From: Nitrospirota bacterium
GTDB lineage: Bacteria > Nitrospirota > JACRHJ01
Direction: 5' to 3'
Length of the DNA stretch: 40,774 bases
Assembly (NCBI GenBank): GCA_963733375.1
Contig: CAVTDB010000018.1
Span: 1-40,774, forward strand
How positions within the stretch are numbered: the stretch's first letter is position 1; each line of letters starts with the position of its first letter. The notes under the pieces were generated by a model. That model was not told the origin of the DNA and ran no database searches. It worked only from the letters and a program-made list of their open reading frames with translations. This document shows positions 20,168 to 29,036 of the stretch, piece after piece. Position numbers and translations under genes: made by a program.

Positions 20168-20326
20168 TTAAGAGGCGGGGGGAAATTAAATATAAAGAAA
20201 AGGTGAAAACCAAAGTAAATATATTTAAGAAAAACCTCGCCTAACAATGAGGAATGGTACCTTTATATACCGAAAAGCGAAAGCTTGACAAGTATATCAA
20301 GAGAACCACTTCCTCATTTGTTTTTT
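20168..20326 (+). ncRNA. Candidate structured small RNA with two long hairpins capped by GAAA tetraloops
   Basis: AGGCGGGG/CCTCGCCT, TTAAATATA/TATATTTAA, GGT-GAAA-ACC; then AATGAGGAA/TTCCTCATT, TGGT/ACCA, ATATAC/GTATAT, AAGC-GAAA-GCTT; ends in a U tract. Confidence 0.55.
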
Positions 20327-20388
20327 GTGCGCCTGAGTTGGGCCAAACTTCTCCAGCCGCCAGCCTGCTGCGTTACGCCATGCGCTAT

Positions 20389-20426
20389 AAAAAAGCCCCT
20401 CCCGGATTTCGGGAGGGGCTTTTTTT
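20389..20426. terminator. Bidirectional intrinsic terminator downstream of glnA
   Basis: AAAAAA-GCCCCTCCCG-GATTT-CGGGAGGGGC-TTTTTTT. Confidence 0.9.
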
Positions 20427-20437
20427 CACCTTGCCTT

Positions 20438-21851
20438 TTATATATCGTAGTACAGGAAGAACTCGTACGGGTGCGGACGGAGCCTTAAGGCGTCCACTTC
20501 CTTGCTCCTCTTGTAGGAGATCCAGGTCTCGATGGCGTCCTTCGTGAAGACGTCGCCCTTCATCAGGAACTCGTGGTCGTTCTCCAGGTTGTCCAGGGCG
20601 TCCTCAAGGGAACCCGGCATCGACGGCACGCTTGCCAGCTCTTCCGGGCTCAAGTCGTAGATGTCCTTGTCAAGCGGAGCGCCCGGGTCGATCTTGTTCT
20701 CTATGCCGTCCAGGCCCGCCATGAGCATCGCGGCGAAGGCCATGTAGCCGTTGCAGGACGGGTCGGGGAAACGTACCTCGACGCGCTTCGCCTTGGGCGA
20801 GGGGGAGTACATCGGGATGCGTATGGACGCGCTCCTGTTCCTGCCCGAGTATGCGAGGTTGACCGGCGCCTCGAAGCCCGGCACGAGCCTCTTGTAGGAG
20901 TTCGTGGTCGGGTTGGTCAGCGCGGCGAGCGCGGGCGCGTGCTTCAGTATGCCGCCGATGTAGTAGAGCGCCATCTTGGAGAGCCCTGCATAGCCGTCGC
21001 CGGCGAAGAGGGGCTTGCCGCCCTTCCAGAGCGACTGGTGCGTGTGCATGCCTGAGCCGTTGTCTCCGAAGAGGGGCTTCGGCATGAACGTCGCGGTCTT
21101 GCCGTTTCGCTTGGCGACGTTCTTTACTATGTACTTGAAGTACATGAGTTCGTCGGCGCACTTGACCATCGAGTTGAAACGCATGTCTATCTCGGCCTGG
21201 CCGCCGGTCGCGACCTCATGGTGCTGCTTCTCGATGTATATGCCCACCTTCTGCATCTCAAGGACCATCTCGGTGCGGATGTCCTCCTGGGAGTCCGTCG
21301 GCGGGACCGGGAAGTAGCCCTCCTTGTGGCGCGGCTTGTAGCCCAGGTTCGGGCCTTCCTCGCGTCCGGAGTTCCAGATGCCCTCGACGGAGTCAACGAA
21401 GTAGTAGCCGGAGTTCGAGGTCTGGTCGAACATCACGTCGTCAAAGATGAAGAACTCGGCCTCCGGCCCGAAATAAGCCGTGTCCGCGATTTTCGTGGAC
21501 TTCATGTAGTTCTCGGCCTTGATGGCGATGTAGCGGGGGTCGCGGTCGTAGTTTTCCTTGGTTATCGGATCAACGACGTTGCAGATAAGGCTGAGTGTCG
21601 GGTACTGGGTGAACGGGTCCATCACGGCCGTATCCGGGTCGGGTATGACCAGCATGTCCGAGGAGTGGATGGCCTTCCAGCCGCGTATCGAGGAGCCGTC
21701 GAAGCCCAGGCCGTCCTTGAATAAGCCCTCCGTCAGCTCGTCGATAGGGCACGGAGAAATGCTGCCACAGGCCCGGGAAGTCCATGAACTTCATGTCGAA
21801 CATCACCGCCTTGTTCTTCTTCGCCAACTCCAATACTTCTTTTGATGTCAT
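20438..21851 (-). CDS. glnA: Glutamine synthetase type I (one frameshift at ~21748)
   Basis: [47 protein letters not shown], adenylylation-site DKDIYDL. The N-terminus is in ORF 21570..21851. Confidence 0.97.
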
Positions 21852-21877
21852 CTTGCCCTCCTTGTTAATAAATAACA

Positions 21878-21978
21878 GTTACTTTCTTTTCGGGTGAAAA
21901 GAAAGTAACACAAAGAAAAGCCAAAATTAGTTTAGCTTTCTTTTGGTTACTTTTCTTTCCCGATGAAAGAAGAGTAAC
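21878..21978. repeat. Two hairpin-B REP copies in inverted orientation
   Basis: GTTACTTTCTTTTC-GGGT-GAAAAGAAAGTAAC-ACAAAGAAAAG ... CTTTCTTTTG-GTTACTTTTCTTTC-N5-GAAAGAAGAGTAAC. Confidence 0.8.
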
Positions 21979-21986
21979 AAACGGTT

Positions 21987-22343
<357 letters not shown>

Positions 22344-22406
22344 TCAAATTTTTATACAAAAACTAACAATATCATCCGGATATTGATATGGCAAGGACTT
22401 TTCTTT

Positions 22407-23651
22407 TTAGCCCTGCCCGACATGCACGCTTTCCTCCGGATATGCGTCTATGCTGTGGATGGCAAGATCCGCCCCCCTCATCTCCTGCTCTTCGGTCAGC
22501 CTGAACCCGATTGTCTTATCGATAATATAATATATCACCCCGCCGATTACGAACGCGTACGCCGCCGCCGTCAGGCTGCCCGCAAGCTGGGAGACAAAGC
22601 TCACCCCGCCCATGCCGCCGAAGTAAGTGCTTCCGAAGATGCCCGCCGCGATGCCGCCCCAGGTGCCGCACAACCCGTGCAAAGGCCATACCCCGAGCAC
22701 GTCGTCGATTTTCATGCGCTCCTGCTCGATGGTAAATCCCTTTACGAATATAGCCGCCCCGATGCCGCCGGTAATCAGCGCGCCAAGCGGGTGCATGATG
22801 TCGGAGCCCGCGCATATGGCGATAAGGCCAGCTAACGCCCCGTTATGCACAAAACCAGGGTCCGCCCGGCTTATCACCAGCGCCACGAGTATTCCGCCGA
22901 CCATCGCCATCAGGGAATTAAGCGCCACGAGGCCGGATATCCCGGTGAAGGACTGCGCGCTCATCACGTTGAACCCGAACCAGCCCACGGCCAGAATCCA
23001 GCTCCCAAGCGACAAAAACGGGATGCTGCTGATGGGTATCGGATAGCTCTTGCCGCCGGAGCCGTATCGTCCAAGCCTGGGGCCCAGTATCAGTACCGCC
23101 GGGAGTGCCAGCCATCCCCCCATCGAGTGGACGACGACCGAGCCGGCATAGTCGTGGAAGCCGCAGCCGAACACATTTGAAAACCAGCCCTGGGCGCATA
23201 TGGCCTGGTGCGACGCATTCGCGGAAAACTTGCCCCAGACGAACGACTCGAAGAACGGATACGCAAAGCCTACGAATATCCCGCCCGCCAGTACCTGCGG
23301 CCAGAACCTGGCCCTCTCCGCTATCCCGCCCGATATAATAGCCGGGATGCAAGCGGCGAAGGTAAGCAGGAAGAAGAAGTGCACCATGTCGAACCCCTGG
23401 AGCTTCATCAGTTCCGCCGCCGGACGCAGGAAGCTTATCCCGTAGGCTATCGGAAATCCGATCAGGAAATAAACCACCGTCGATACCGCCCAGTCCGAAA
23501 GGATTTTCACCAGGGCGTTGACCTGGCTCTTCTTCCGGACAGTGCCCAGTTCAAGGAACGCGAACCCCGCATGCATGGCGAAGATCATGACCGCGCCAAG
23601 CATCATGAAAAGCACGTCACCGCTGTTCTTCAAACTCGTAAGTAAGTCCAC
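22407..23651 (-). CDS. amt: Ammonium transporter (Amt family)
   Basis: AMHAGFAFLE.G.VR, IISGGIAER, DYAGSVVVH, WFGFN, DDVLGVWPLH (twin His conserved). Confidence 0.95.
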   Translation of the reverse strand: MDLLTSLKNSGDVLFMMLGAVMIFAMHAGFAFLELGTVRKKSQVNALVKILSDWAVSTVVYFLIGFPIAYGISFLRPAAELMKLQGFDMVHFFFLLTFAACIPAIISGGIAERARFWPQVLAGGIFVGFAYPFFESFVWGKFSANASHQAICAQGWFSNVFGCGFHDYAGSVVVHSMGGWLALPAVLILGPRLGRYGSGGKSYPIPISSIPFLSLGSWILAVGWFGFNVMSAQSFTGISGLVALNSLMAMVGGILVALVISRADPGFVHNGALAGLIAICAGSDIMHPLGALITGGIGAAIFVKGFTIEQERMKIDDVLGVWPLHGLCGTWGGIAAGIFGSTYFGGMGGVSFVSQLAGSLTAAAYAFVIGGVIYYIIDKTIGFRLTEEQEMRGADLAIHSIDAYPEESVHVGQG

Positions 23652-23698
23652 TCTCTCTCCTCCCCGGGAAAGCTGGCATAAATGCCATGAAATTGTTA

Positions 23699-23714
23699 AG
23701 CAAAAAGGATGCCG
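23699..23714 (-). promoter_or_regulatory. Sigma54 (-24/-12) promoter of amt
   Basis: Minus strand CGGCATCCTTTTTGCT = GG-N10-GC. Confidence 0.75.
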
Positions 23715-23774
23715 CCCACGAAAGAATATAACAAATTGGATTTAAAGGAAAGACAAAAAAGGAGGGCGTGGCAA

Positions 23775-23832
23775 TGCCTATAAATCAGGCATAATTTGAT
23801 TAAAAATTAGGCAGGTGATAAAAAAATTAGCA
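23775..23832. promoter_or_regulatory. Three NtrC-type enhancer sites
   Basis: 17-mers TGCCTATAAATCAGGCA (23775-91), TGATTAAAAATTAGGCA (23797-813) and TGATAAAAAAATTAGCA (23816-32) fit or approach TGC-N11-GCA. Confidence 0.65.
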
Positions 23833-23833
23833 G

Positions 23834-24496
23834 TTAATCTTCGTCGATTGCGTCTTCTTCGATTGCTTTCAACGTATCTATTACTTCCGCTTTTTTGCCC
23901 TCAAGAAAATCTTTTAGATTCCGAAGTATCTGCTCTTTCTTTTTTAAATTATCAGGAAGTTTTTTAGTTAATTTTCTGCCTGGATGCACCATGTCCCAAA
24001 GTGATTTCTGTTGCTTTTCTCTTCCCTTGCCAGGAGCATGTATTCCGAAACCGTCAATTACCTTATTCCATATGGGTGAATACATTTCTATCAATAAAGA
24101 TTCGCCCAAAGGTATCCAAATGTCATCGACAACTAAATACCTACAAAAGAAATCCGAAATATTTAAATCGACTTGTTTAATCGAGTTGGCATGTTCCCTT
24201 AATCTATCGTGGAGAACTGTTCCTGGAGAAATTCCTAAACCAAATCCCCCCTTACGTGCTCCTTTAGGGACCGCTTTGCCCACATAAATAGGCAACTCGA
24301 ATCTATTGTTTCCGTTACACTCCGAGATTTTCTTATAGTTCTTAAAATCCCCGGTATAGTAAATAGCGTATATTCCCGCCCCGATAAATTTCTCTTTCGG
24401 AGGCAGCGGGTGAACGGTACTCTCTATTAGCGCGGTTTCCACGCTGATACCAAGGTTTCTTTTATCCAATGGATTATATGGAGTTTCTTCTTTCAA
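23834..24496 (-). CDS. Eco29kI-family GIY-YIG restriction endonuclease
   Basis: PYNPLDK.NLG.S, GAGIYAIYY, PIYVGKA, RLREH, WIPLGESLLI, DGFG.H.PGKGR; AT-rich. Confidence 0.9.
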   Translation of the reverse strand: MKEETPYNPLDKRNLGISVETALIESTVHPLPPKEKFIGAGIYAIYYTGDFKNYKKISECNGNNRFELPIYVGKAVPKGARKGGFGLGISPGTVLHDRLREHANSIKQVDLNISDFFCRYLVVDDIWIPLGESLLIEMYSPIWNKVIDGFGIHAPGKGREKQQKSLWDMVHPGRKLTKKLPDNLKKKEQILRNLKDFLEGKKAEVIDTLKAIEEDAIDED

Positions 24497-24504
24497 TTAC
24501 CCCC

Positions 24505-25665
24505 CTATACAGTAAGACTCTTGAATATTTTTTTTGCCACTACTTCGCCCAACGCAACGGGGACAGCATTTCCCAATTGCCTCATGGCTTCCGTCCATGA
24601 TCCAGGGAAATAAAAGTTGTCGGGGAATGTTTGCAATCTTGCACTTTCACGTATTGTGAAATATCGAACTTTCCCATTTGGATAAACCAACATATTTTCA
24701 CCACCAGGAACTCCATGATCCCCTGCTTTTAATGTTTTAGCTGGATCATCAAAAGGACTGCCAGTATGTCCGTGATAAATTCGGGCTCCCGGAATAAGCT
24801 TATGATTTAGTATTTCTGGCCCGTGATCATTTGGTTCGGGTAGGCCGGAAAGTGAATCTCTAACCGTCACCCAAGGTCTTTCAGGGGGCTTTGCATTTTT
24901 TTCTTTTAGCCTATCAACTCTTTTTTTATTTTTTACATTTAAAGCGGGCCTATCTTTTTTCGAAATTTCATGACGATCCCAGTATTCTCCCGAAATCCAT
25001 TGGCTCCATAATAAATTATCTTGCGAATGGGTTGCGTTGGGAAAAGACCATTCGACGTTTATATCATTTCTAAATCCAACTATCATTACTCTTTCCCTTT
25101 TTTGCGGTACGCCATAATCGGCGGCATTTAATAACCTGAATAGTATTTTGTAATGCAAACCATCATATTGACCCCGCGTATGATATTGTTCCAATCTTTT
25201 TAAATGACCCAACCAGTCTTCTTTTTCTTTTTTGATAATTTCAGGATAATTCAGTTGTAAATATATATATTGAAAATATTTTGAAAAAGATTCCCTTAAT
25301 AAGCCCTTTACATTTTCAACAAATAAGGCTTTTGGTTTTAATTCTCGCACTGCTCTAACAACCTCTGGAAACATATCTCGGTTATCTTTATTCGCTTTAT
25401 GCTTGCCTCCCAGAGAAAAAGGTTGACAAGGAGGCCCGCCAGCCAACAAATCTATTTCAGAGTCTATATTACGAAAATTAAATTTTTTAACATCGGTTTC
25501 ATAAAGAAACCATTGGTCCAGTGGCTTTACTTTTCGTTCTTGATTTTTACGGATGGTTGCACATGCATTCTTATCCCATTCAATTACGGCTTCATGTTTG
25601 AAACCTGCCCTGGAAATTCCTATTGCCAATCCACCGGCCCCCGAAAATAGTTCGACAGATTTCAT
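24505..25665 (-). CDS. DNA (cytosine-5) methyltransferase
   Basis: Motif I FSGAGG, IV GGPPCQPFS, VI ENVKGL, VIII YGVPQKRER, IX-X RESARLQTF..LGNAV. Confidence 0.95.
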   Translation of the reverse strand: MKSVELFSGAGGLAIGISRAGFKHEAVIEWDKNACATIRKNQERKVKPLDQWFLYETDVKKFNFRNIDSEIDLLAGGPPCQPFSLGGKHKANKDNRDMFPEVVRAVRELKPKALFVENVKGLLRESFSKYFQYIYLQLNYPEIIKKEKEDWLGHLKRLEQYHTRGQYDGLHYKILFRLLNAADYGVPQKRERVMIVGFRNDINVEWSFPNATHSQDNLLWSQWISGEYWDRHEISKKDRPALNVKNKKRVDRLKEKNAKPPERPWVTVRDSLSGLPEPNDHGPEILNHKLIPGARIYHGHTGSPFDDPAKTLKAGDHGVPGGENMLVYPNGKVRYFTIRESARLQTFPDNFYFPGSWTEAMRQLGNAVPVALGEVVAKKIFKSLTV

Positions 25666-25667
25666 TT

Positions 25668-26075
25668 TTAATTCTCCAAAAAATCAATTATTTGTTTTGA
25701 TAATTTTTCTTTATTCTTTATATCACATTCCCAAATAATTAAATATTTCATTTTCATTTTTTTCAATTTAATTTGGACTTCTTTATCTCTCTTTAAGTTT
25801 TTTTGAAGTTTTGGTTCCCAAAAATCAAGGTTTGATTTCGGCAGTCTCGCCAATGAACAATTTTTATGACGATGCCAAAAACAACCATGTATGAAAATAA
25901 CTTTTCCCTTGCTTTTAAAAACTAAATCAGGCTTCCCCGGAAGACTTGAATCATGCAGTCTATACCGATAACCCATCGAGAATATTAAACGCCTTACTGT
26001 TAATTCCAGTTTGGTATTTTTATTTTTAACAAGAGCCATCCTCTCGCTTCTTTCTAACGGCGAAAGGGTATCCAT
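25668..26075 (-). CDS. vsr: Very short patch repair endonuclease
   Basis: RSERMALVK.KNTKLE, LPGKPDLVF, FIHGCFWHRH, IWEC. Confidence 0.93.
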   Translation of the reverse strand: MDTLSPLERSERMALVKNKNTKLELTVRRLIFSMGYRYRLHDSSLPGKPDLVFKSKGKVIFIHGCFWHRHKNCSLARLPKSNLDFWEPKLQKNLKRDKEVQIKLKKMKMKYLIIWECDIKNKEKLSKQIIDFLEN

Positions 26076-26094
26076 TTTTTCCTAAATCCTTTCC

Positions 26095-27171
26095 TTAATT
26101 CAGCGCCTCTATCAGCTTCCCCTCGTCCCACTCCCTCGTAATCACTACCTCGCCGATGCGCTTAGGCAGGACGAATTTCACCTTGCCGCCTTCGGCTTTC
26201 TTGTCGTGGCCGATGGATTCCAGGACGGCGTCGAAAGAGAGGTTTTTCGGGAACTCCGTCGGCAGGCCGAATCGGGTCAGCAGGCGCGTTAACCGCTCCG
26301 CGACATCGGGTGCGCACAGCCCCTGGGCGACTGCGAGTTTTGCCGCGGCGACCATGCCGATGGATACCGCCTCGCCGTGCCTGTAGCCGGTGTAGTCCGT
26401 GAGCGACTCGGCGGCGTGGCCGACGGTATGGCCGAAATTCAGTATCGCACGTAAGCCCCCCTCGCGCTCGTCTTTGCCCACCACCTCCGCCTTAATCTCG
26501 CAGGAGCGCTTTATTAAATGGACCAGGGCGTCCGGCTGCATCTTCGTTACTGCGTCCGCGTTTTCCTCCAGCCATCCGAAAAATTCCGCGTCCCGTATCA
26601 CCCCGTATTTCACCACTTCGGCAAGTCCGGAAACGAATTCTTCCTTCGGCAGGGTATCAAGCGTGTCCACGCTAGCCAGCACCAGCCTCGGCTGATGGAA
26701 CGCGCCTATCATATTTTTGCCGAAGGGGTGGTTGACGCCGGTCTTTCCGCCGACGGAAGAATCCACCTGCGACAGCAGTGTAGTAGGCACCTGGACAAAA
26801 TCTATCCCGCGCATGTATGTCGCGGCGGCGAAGCCGGTGAGGTCGCCGATTACCCCTCCGCCAAGCGCGACCAGAAAAGATTTCCTGTCGAACCGCTCCG
26901 TCAGGAGCCAGTCGTAAATCCTTGTCGCGCTGTCGATGGACTTGTATTTTTCGCCGTCCGGCAGAGAAAGGAAGGATATTTCGTATCCGGCGTTCCGGAT
27001 GGAATCAATTACCCGTTTGGCATATATGGGGCCTACGGTATCGTTTGTGACTATACCCGCGCGGCCGGTCAGCCCGGCTGATTTTATCCTCTCGCCGAGC
27101 GAAGGCAGAAGGCCGGGGCCGATTAATATTTCATAGGAGCGCGGGCCTAGATTAACTTTTACTATTTCCAT
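26095..27171 (-). CDS. aroB: 3-dehydroquinate synthase
   Basis: GGGVIGDL.GF.AA.Y.RG, PTTLLSQVDSSVGGKTG, LNFGHTVGH, HGEAV. Confidence 0.97.
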   Translation of the reverse strand: MEIVKVNLGPRSYEILIGPGLLPSLGERIKSAGLTGRAGIVTNDTVGPIYAKRVIDSIRNAGYEISFLSLPDGEKYKSIDSATRIYDWLLTERFDRKSFLVALGGGVIGDLTGFAAATYMRGIDFVQVPTTLLSQVDSSVGGKTGVNHPFGKNMIGAFHQPRLVLASVDTLDTLPKEEFVSGLAEVVKYGVIRDAEFFGWLEENADAVTKMQPDALVHLIKRSCEIKAEVVGKDEREGGLRAILNFGHTVGHAAESLTDYTGYRHGEAVSIGMVAAAKLAVAQGLCAPDVAERLTRLLTRFGLPTEFPKNLSFDAVLESIGHDKKAEGGKVKFVLPKRIGEVVITREWDEGKLIEALN

Positions 27172-27172
27172 T

Positions 27173-27682
27173 TTATAGTATCCCCGCCGTCAGCCTGATT
27201 ACTTCGCCGGCGACTTCTTCCGGCGTCATCACTGTGGTATCGACCATAAAATCCGCCTTCCTGTAGAACGGCTCCCTTTTGCTCATCAGTTCCATAATCT
27301 TCGCCATCGGGTCCGGGACTTGAAGCAGCGGCCTGTTATTGGACTTTCCTACCCTCTTCATTATCTCGTCCGGCCTCGCGGTCAGGCATACCAGCGCGCC
27401 GCCCTGCTTCATCGCCTCGATATTACTCTCGTCTACGACCGCTCCGCCCCCGGCGGATATTACCAGCCCCTCCTTTAAGGAGAGGGTCTTAATCAGGGCC
27501 CGCTCAAGCTGGCGGAAGTACGGCTCGCCCAGTTCCGAGAATATATGCGAGATTGAGACACCCTGCTCCCGCTCTATCTCCTCGTCCACGTCGATAAAAC
27601 GGTATCCGAGTTTTTTGGCGAGTATCCTGCCTACCGTGGACTTGCCGGTCCCCATGAAGCCGACTAATGTGATATTGCGCAT
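27173..27682 (-). CDS. aroK: Shikimate kinase
   Basis: GFMGTGKSTVG P-loop, GEPYFR..E, GGGAV, RPLL. Confidence 0.95.
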   Translation of the reverse strand: MRNITLVGFMGTGKSTVGRILAKKLGYRFIDVDEEIEREQGVSISHIFSELGEPYFRQLERALIKTLSLKEGLVISAGGGAVVDESNIEAMKQGGALVCLTARPDEIMKRVGKSNNRPLLQVPDPMAKIMELMSKREPFYRKADFMVDTTVMTPEEVAGEVIRLTAGIL

Positions 27683-27692
27683 GATTTAAATT

Positions 27693-27783
27693 CGCTACCT
27701 TTTTAGAAAAAAGGTAGCGCCAAAAACTTTTAAACTGTCCAGCTTTCTTTTGTGTTACTTTTCTTTCTCGAAAGAAAAGTAAC
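27693..27783. repeat. REP/BIME-like intergenic element (A+B)
   Basis: CGCTACCTTTTT-AGA-AAAAAGGTAGCG-CCAAAAACTTTTAAACTGTCC.. plus GTTACTTTTCTTTC-TC-GAAAGAAAAGTAAC. Confidence 0.85.
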
Positions 27784-27786
27784 GAC

Positions 27787-28948
27787 TTAGAACTTTCTTA
27801 TATACTCCATATACCCGTCGTAGTTCCGTTTCATCTCGGCTCACGCTGTCGCCTCCGAATTTCTCGCGCATGGCCTGTGCGATCACGAATGCCGCCGCGG
27901 CCTCGCCTACCACCGCCGCCGCGGGGACCGCGCAGGTATCCGAACGCTCCACGGATGCCTTGAAAGCCCGATGGCTCGTCGTATCCACGGAATGCAGGGG
28001 CTTGTACAGGGTCGGTATCGGCTTCATCGCCGCCCGGAGTATTATGTCCTCTCCGTTTGACATCCCGCCTTCGATGCCGCCGGCGTTGTCGGTCTTCCGG
28101 AAATACCCTTTGGCGCGGCTGTGGAATATCTCGTCGTGCACCGCCGAACCCGGCCGCCTCGCCGCACCAAAGCCAAGGCCGATTTCCACCCCTTTTATCG
28201 CCTGTATGCTCATCAGGGCCTGGGCCAGCGCCCCGTCGAGCGTATTGTCCCTCGATGCAAACGTCCCCAAACCCGGCGGGCATCCCAGGACCGTCACCTC
28301 GAATATCCCGCCCAGGGAGTCTCCGTCTTTTCTGGCCCGGTCTATAACCTCCATCATGTTCCGGGACGCGCCCTCGTCCGGACACCGCACCTCCGAAGCC
28401 TCCGCCCGTTTGAAAAGAGTGGCCGGCCTGCCCTTAAGCTCCGCGCGTATCCCGCCTATCTCCACCACCCAGCCAAGGACGGAAATCCCGAACTGGGAAA
28501 GCAGGGCCTTCGCCGCCGCGCCCACCGCGACGCGCATCGCGGTCTCCCTGGCGCTGGAGCGCTCCAGGACGTCCCTCGCGTCTTCGTGGCCGTATTTCAT
28601 CATGCCCGCCAGGTCCGCATGGCCCGGACGGGGCCGGGTGACCGGCTCCGCTTTCCCGGAATCCGACGGGCTTGCCGACATCCTCTCCTTCCAGTTCTCC
28701 CAGTCCCGGTTCTGTATGACCAGGCCGACAGGCGCGCCGGTGGTTTTCCCCCACCTGACGCCGGAGACGATCTTTGCCGCGTCCGACTCTATCTTCATCC
28801 TCCCGCCGCGCCCGTACCCCTGCTGCCTGCGGATTAAGTCGCGCGATATGATATCTTCAGTCAGGTCAAGGCCCGCCGGAAGACCGTCTATTATCCCGAG
28901 CAGCTCCGGGCCGTGGGATTCGCCGGAAGTAAGGTATCTAAGTGTCAT
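27787..28948 (-). CDS. aroC: Chorismate synthase (frameshift at ~27840; corrected C-terminus ..EMKRNYDGYMEYIRKF*)
   Basis: GESHG, RPRPGHAD, ERSSARET, AGGIEGGMSNG, ERSD.C. Confidence 0.96.
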
Positions 28949-28979
28949 TTGATAACCCTGCGTTTAATTTTTCTATCAT

Positions 28980-29009
28980 AAAAAAAATGCGCCCCTACGG
29001 GCGCATTTT
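28980..29009. terminator. Terminator hairpin between pilQ and aroC
   Basis: AAAAAAAATGCGCCC-CTAC-GGGCGCATTTT; long U tract on the minus strand. Confidence 0.75.
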
Positions 29010-29036
29010 AAACCGTCATATTTTAATTTGCAAGAG

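Noticed and set aside
20246-20315. T-box riboswitch (UGGUACC after GAGGAA)
   Set aside because: The heptamer matches the T-box bulge, but UGGU is paired with an internal ACCA, no recognisable Stem I AG/GNUG boxes are present, and there is no downstream sense gene.
20254-20547. 97-aa + strand ORF
   Set aside because: It runs through a strong bidirectional terminator and antisense into glnA, its RBS-like motif is too close to the ATG, and it has no recognisable motif.
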